The notes under the pieces were generated by a model, which searched no databases, had not been told where the DNA came from, and saw only the letters and a program-made list of their open reading frames with translations. From IMG/VR virus record IMGVR_UViG_2775506767_000005, positions 10,694 through 74,693 of that record: a DNA stretch of 64,000 bases; one strand, written 5' to 3'. This document shows positions 59,744 through 64,000 of the stretch, piece after piece (within the stretch, counting starts at the first letter, position 1; every line of letters starts with the position of its first letter). A program made the position numbers and the translations under genes. The stretch comes from a virus (Duplodnaviria > Caudoviricetes).

Positions 59744-60691
59744 ATGATCGAAACAGCAAGCGGAACAGAGATCAGGTTCAATCAGCCTGACTCCGCCTAT
59801 CGAAAGGCTGAGGGCATTAGCCAGTCAGAGCTCAAGGAGGTCCTGAGATCACCTGCTCACTGGGCCGCCCGCTACGGCCCCGATGCTTCGCCTACATTCC
59901 CGTCGATCGCCATGATTATCGGGATTGCCCTGCATTGTAAACTCCTCGAGCCTGAGATCTTCGACTCTCAGTTTGTCGATCGAAGTTCTTTGGATAAAGA
60001 GCTCAATGTCGCAGAGTTGAAGGCGGCCCTGGATGACGAAGGCATCGAGTACAAAAAGAGCTCCAAAAAGCCAGAGCTCGAAGCCCTGCTCTACCCAGAG
60101 GGCAAGCCCATCGACAAGCGCACGAGCCTCAGTGGTGACGATTTCGCAATCGTCCAGGGCATGGCAGAAGCCACCCGCGCCCATCCCATCGCCGGCAACT
60201 GGTTTGACCCAGGCCGTAAAAATTTTCGCAGAGGGAATGAGCTCTCGATGTATGTCGAGCCATCGGCTGACACCTATGGCCTACCAATCAAGGGCCGCCT
60301 CGATCGCCTGGAGAAGACGGCCGACGGTTGGATGATCTTGGATCTAAAAACGACCGACGACGCCAGCCCCAGCGTTTTTCAGAAGAAGTCCTTCTCTATG
60401 GGCTACCACATACAGGCTGCGTTCTATACGGACCTGGTCAAGAAGGTTCTCGACGCCGACAACGTTGAATTTATTTTTTGTGCCATGGAGCGCCGCAGGC
60501 CTCACGGCATCGCGCTTTACAAAGCCAGCGAGGACATGATCGAAATCGGTCGGACTCAATATAAAAAAGCTCTAAAAGAACTGGCTTTTTGCAAGTCCAG
60601 GGACTTGTTCCCCGGCTACGATTCGAATATCATCGACCTGTCTCTTCCCGGCTGGGCTAGCAATCTTGCGCATGAATCGCCGCTCTTTTAA
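59744..60691 (+). CDS. RecE/exonuclease VIII-like PD-(D/E)XK nuclease (DUF3799)
   Basis: GISQSELK..SPAH, G.ALHC.LLEP, KGRLDRL..ILDLKTT, YHIQAAFY. Confidence 0.88.
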   Translation: MIETASGTEIRFNQPDSAYRKAEGISQSELKEVLRSPAHWAARYGPDASPTFPSIAMIIGIALHCKLLEPEIFDSQFVDRSSLDKELNVAELKAALDDEGIEYKKSSKKPELEALLYPEGKPIDKRTSLSGDDFAIVQGMAEATRAHPIAGNWFDPGRKNFRRGNELSMYVEPSADTYGLPIKGRLDRLEKTADGWMILDLKTTDDASPSVFQKKSFSMGYHIQAAFYTDLVKKVLDADNVEFIFCAMERRRPHGIALYKASEDMIEIGRTQYKKALKELAFCKSRDLFPGYDSNIIDLSLPGWASNLAHESPLF

Positions 60692-61224
60692 TGCCCACTA
60701 GCGCTGCTGAGAGAATGGCCAAAACCCGAGCTCGGCGTCGAGGCGAGCTCGAGGCGGTTCGGAAATGCACTGTTTGCGGAAAAGTCCTGAAGCCCACCTC
60801 TATAGGAAGGGCGTACGAGCAAGGCCTCTGTTTCCAACACTGGGCAGAGACTGAGGAGGGTAAAAATTATTTAAAGCAACGCCGCAGTCAGCGGAGATTG
60901 GCAAAAACAGGGCCTCAGCCGTTTCGATATTTTGGATGTCCTCATGGCGAAGAAGGATGGCCCGAGGGTCCGTTCAACCGGATGCGCCTCGCCGTATCCA
61001 GTACATACGCAGGCAAGGGCAAGGCCCGCGGGACTTTGTTTATAGTTTGGTCAGATGACACTGTCACTGCTCACCATGGGATCAGGCAGTCGGATGTAGG
61101 GACGATCGAAAGGCGTGCCGGCGACGAGGTGGATCGTTCAGACCTTGCTTATTTGGCTAGATCCAGCGAGGCATTAACCGAACGGGTCAGGCATTACGGT
61201 CACACTGATGTCTATCTGGTTTGA
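60691..61224 (+). CDS. Hypothetical protein with Zn-finger-like N-terminus
   Basis: CTVCG...LCFQHW. Confidence 0.65.
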   Translation: MPTSAAERMAKTRARRRGELEAVRKCTVCGKVLKPTSIGRAYEQGLCFQHWAETEEGKNYLKQRRSQRRLAKTGPQPFRYFGCPHGEEGWPEGPFNRMRLAVSSTYAGKGKARGTLFIVWSDDTVTAHHGIRQSDVGTIERRAGDEVDRSDLAYLARSSEALTERVRHYGHTDVYLV

Positions 61225-61292
61225 GTTCGAACAACTTAGGTAGACTGGGCAATAAGCGCTAAATTTACTCAAAAAATTTAATCACCATTCTA

Positions 61293-61925
61293 ATGCACAC
61301 AGCCCGCCTGGTCTCAGTCACTCCTGACGCTGAGAAGCTCATCGCCTACTGCGCCCGAGTCTCCTCCAAAAATCAGGAGAACGAATCGATTGCCGGCCTG
61401 CTGCGCTTTTGTATGCGCGAGGGCCACTTCTCGATCTTCGAGCAGGCCCACATGACCGTCGAGGTCCTGACCACGCCCGAGATCTCGAGGCAGCTCCTCC
61501 GGCACCATGACATGCGGTTTCAGGAGTTTTCCCAGCGCTACCAGGACACCACTGAGCTCGGAAGCTGGGTGATCCCAAACCTTCGCCGGCAGGACCCGAA
61601 GAACCGGCAGTCGAGCCACGACACCCTCGACCCTGAGTTCAAAGACCTATTGGAGAAGAAGATCGACACCCTGTTCGCGCAGACTTTCGATCTCTACGAG
61701 TACATGCTTAGCCAGGGCGTGGCCAAGGAAACGGCACGGTCGATCCTCCCCATAGGTGGGACACGAACCAAGATTTACGCCACGACCAGCCTCAGGACCT
61801 GGATTTTTTACCTGAAGAACAGGACCGACAAGGCAACGCAGCTCGAGCATCGCCTGGTCGCCGAGTCGATTAAGGGAATCTTCGAGGAACAGTTCCCCGT
61901 CATCTATGAAGCTGCGTTCACCTGA
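61293..61925 (+). CDS. thyX: FAD-dependent thymidylate synthase
   Basis: IAYCARVS, EGH.SIFEQ, RQLLRHH..FQEFSQRY, KETAR.ILP, TQLEHR. Confidence 0.95.
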   Translation: MHTARLVSVTPDAEKLIAYCARVSSKNQENESIAGLLRFCMREGHFSIFEQAHMTVEVLTTPEISRQLLRHHDMRFQEFSQRYQDTTELGSWVIPNLRRQDPKNRQSSHDTLDPEFKDLLEKKIDTLFAQTFDLYEYMLSQGVAKETARSILPIGGTRTKIYATTSLRTWIFYLKNRTDKATQLEHRLVAESIKGIFEEQFPVIYEAAFT

Positions 61926-61939
61926 TCACGATTCTTATC

Positions 61940-62149
61940 ATGACTAGCGACCCACTCACGAGCCTGCCCATTCGGGTGATCGAGCACGAAAACAGCGATG
62001 AGATCACGATCGAGTGGGATGAAACCCATCCGCTTTCGGCCGAGCTCCGCCTAGACGAATGGACCTCTGATGAATGGCTGAAAGCCCTGGGGGGTGCTTT
62101 AGAGGAGGCGATTCGATTGGCCGACGAAGCAGAATCAAATGGGGATTAG
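61940..62149 (+). CDS. Hypothetical protein
   Basis: EITIEWDETHP..W cyanophage-type small protein. Confidence 0.6.
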   Translation: MTSDPLTSLPIRVIEHENSDEITIEWDETHPLSAELRLDEWTSDEWLKALGGALEEAIRLADEAESNGD

Positions 62150-62306
62150 GCGAGGCCAGGACTGGTCGGCGCTGCTTCAGGCTGCAGAGCTGGAGGCTCC
62201 GGGCTATGACGAAGCCGTCGCCAATACGAATGAGCTAGTGGCCAATAAACAACTGATCGAGCGAAACATCCAAGACGCCAAGTCGAAAGGAGGGCGGAAA
62301 AGGTAG
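62139..62306 (+). CDS. Small hypothetical protein, not in the ORF track
   Basis: MGIRRGQDWSALLQAAELEAPGYDEAV...RKR*. Confidence 0.5.
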   Translation: MGIRRGQDWSALLQAAELEAPGYDEAVANTNELVANKQLIERNIQDAKSKGGRKR

Positions 62307-62360
62307 AGGTTGCGCTCCTGAGCGTCGTGGGGTACGATTAATTCGACGGCAGGAAACCCG

Positions 62361-62669
62361 ATGATCACCACCACCAACGTCCAGGCCAACATCGCTGACT
62401 TCGTCGAGCGACTGAACGACAAGTTTCCCGAGCGCCGCTACGGCGTGATGGTTGGCAAAAAGAATGCCCGCATCTTCTGGCAGAACGTCTACAACGGCCA
62501 GGTTCGCGAGGGAGCGTCGGCCTTCTGTTTCGTCCGGCTGGAGGATGGCGCCATCCTTAAGTGTGATAGCTGGAAGGCCCCTGCTAAGGGCGTCCGCGCC
62601 TGGCTCGATCAGGTATTGGCCAACGACCTGCAGGAGGTCGACCAGTACACCGGCTGGCTCTACCGCTGA
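62361..62669 (+). CDS. Early hypothetical protein
   Basis: GAILKCDSWKAPAKGVR motif; promoter GGGGTACGAT upstream. Confidence 0.7.
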   Translation: MITTTNVQANIADFVERLNDKFPERRYGVMVGKKNARIFWQNVYNGQVREGASAFCFVRLEDGAILKCDSWKAPAKGVRAWLDQVLANDLQEVDQYTGWLYR

Positions 62670-62724
62670 CCGGCCGGCCTGTCATCCTTCTAACCAACAC
62701 TGACCTTTGTCGCAAGAAACGTCC

Positions 62725-62970
62725 ATGGCAAACGCAACTTTTGAGATCGGAACTGAATACGTCATGCTTTGGCCTGGCAATGCCGACGCCCGTACCGCCT
62801 GCAAGGTTCTAAAGCGAACAGCTAAATTCGTAGTCCTGAATATTGATGGATTCGGCCTCAAGCGTTGCACCGTTAGGGCTGCAGCGGATGGCGAATACGC
62901 CACCCCTCTTGGCACTGCTTACCTGGCTCCCACTGTGAGGGCTAGGCGCACTTATAAGTGGGCGGACTGA
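62725..62970 (+). CDS. Early hypothetical protein
   Basis: F.IG.EY..KRTAK..PLG..LAP pattern; terminator GCCC-TTCG-GGGC-T5 follows. Confidence 0.65.
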   Translation: MANATFEIGTEYVMLWPGNADARTACKVLKRTAKFVVLNIDGFGLKRCTVRAAADGEYATPLGTAYLAPTVRARRTYKWAD

Positions 62971-63040
62971 GCTCGAGCGCTTCGCCCTTCGGGGCTTTTT
63001 TAATGCCTTCGGAAGGCTAGGGGGCGTGATGCACTCAGCC

Positions 63041-63565
63041 GTGATGGCCGATTTACAGCCCTGGGATTTTCAGCAGCTCACTGCTGGAGGAACGAGAGAG
63101 ACGGCGAAGGCTTATCGGGTCTTTCGTGTTTATCTCGAGCTGGGCAGCAATCGGACGATCAAGACAGCCGCAGAGGTTGCAGGTGAGGATGTCGCAGTCA
63201 GTAAGCAATTTTCGAGTCGATATAACTGGCAGCAGCGCACAGCCTTATATGACGCCCACATGGTTTCGCTGTGGGGCAAGCAGGTACGGGAAGAGTTTGA
63301 AACGACTCATAAAAAGGAGCTAATGAAGTTCCGCAAGGACCAACAGAGGCGAGCGGAGAAGCTGGGCAAGGTCGCCGACCTGTTAATCGAAGTGACCTCG
63401 GGGACCCTCGAGGACATGGTCGCGTCTGGCGAACCAGTCGACCGCAATCAGTTAGCAGCAATCGCCAGCACAGCGGCGAAGCTCAGCGACGCAGCGATGA
63501 ACACAGCGGCAGCAGCTCTTGGAGTTGACGACCTGATGGAAGCCATCGCTCCCGATGTTGACTGA
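63041..63565 (+). CDS. terS: Terminase small subunit
   Basis: ET.KAY..FR.YLELG..RTI..AA..W..R..YD; late promoter at 63011; upstream of terL. Confidence 0.75.
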   Translation: MMADLQPWDFQQLTAGGTRETAKAYRVFRVYLELGSNRTIKTAAEVAGEDVAVSKQFSSRYNWQQRTALYDAHMVSLWGKQVREEFETTHKKELMKFRKDQQRRAEKLGKVADLLIEVTSGTLEDMVASGEPVDRNQLAAIASTAAKLSDAAMNTAAAALGVDDLMEAIAPDVD

Positions 63566-64000
63566 TGAAGAAATTAGGGGCCGCCTACATCCGCAAGGCC
63601 GCGCGGACGGATCAGCACGTCAGGGAGTCGCTGGATGCGATCAAATACGCACGATCCACGAGCGCGACCGAGATGGATTTTCGCGAGTTCATCAGACTCG
63701 TGATGCCTAATTTTGTTTTCTACAGGTGGACCGAGATCTTGATCGATCTGCTCGAGGAGGTGGTCGCTGGCAAGCTGCTCCGCCTCATCGTTCAAGTTCC
63801 GCCCCGTCACGGCAAATCTCAATTGATCAGCCGTTTGTTTCCGGCTTACTACCTGCTGAAGCATCAGGATCGCCAGGTCGCACTCACCTCCTATGGCGCA
63901 ACTCTGGCCGAGGGCTTCTCTCGCGCTGCTCGTGCTTTCTACGCCGATGCCGGCGGCAAGCTTGACCCTGCTAGCCAGTCGGTCAAAGCCTGGGGAACAG
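63565..64000 (+). CDS. terL: Terminase large subunit (5' part, runs off the window; not in the ORF track)
   Basis: ATG 63565 MKKLGAAYIRK...; Walker A VQVPPRHGKSQL. Confidence 0.9.
   Translation, partial: MKKLGAAYIRKAARTDQHVRESLDAIKYARSTSATEMDFREFIRLVMPNFVFYRWTEILIDLLEEVVAGKLLRLIVQVPPRHGKSQLISRLFPAYYLLKHQDRQVALTSYGATLAEGFSRAARAFYADAGGKLDPASQSVKAWGT

Overview
The whole window is one tailed-phage genome segment, most likely a temperate siphovirus of a picocyanobacterium. The host is inferred from the integrase type, a RpoD-like sigma factor, cyanophage-type hypothetical proteins and a tRNA-Lys-like attP core. Phage genes flank the att core on both sides, so this is the free (attP) form rather than an integrated prophage. 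Layout: accessory fibres (0.1-8.8 kb); a 1734-aa MuF protein with two zeta-like kinase and two ParB-like domains, followed by small acidic ORFs (8.8-14.9 kb); head-tail joining and tail genes (17-38 kb); scaffold and capsid (38.4-40.7 kb); lysis genes on the minus strand (42-43.8 kb); attP/int/xis (44-45.9 kb); promoter-gene cassettes of early ORFans (41 kb, 46.5-49 kb, 62.3-63 kb); primase, helicase and ori (50-54.5 kb); cro/cI-like switch; bet, sigma, ssb, rusA, RecE-like and thyX (55.5-62 kb); terminase (63-64 kb). Most notable signals: (1) an in-frame amber stop inside a continuous major-tail-protein reading frame, suggesting stop-codon readthrough; (2) the MuF polyvalent toxin with a small downstream gene whose promoter has the same GTTCGAAC-N-TTGACA geometry as the repressor promoter; (3) about 30 copies of a GGAAnnnT late-promoter motif, usually followed by a variable-sequence inverted repeat; (4) repeated sigma70 promoter cassettes that supply the previous gene's stop codon and carry a GGGGCA-N3-TGCCCC palindrome; (5) a lambda-type GGGAAAG -1 frameshift; (6) an amicyanin-like copper loop in a tail fibre. 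All family assignments come from motif recognition by eye; no database searches were run.
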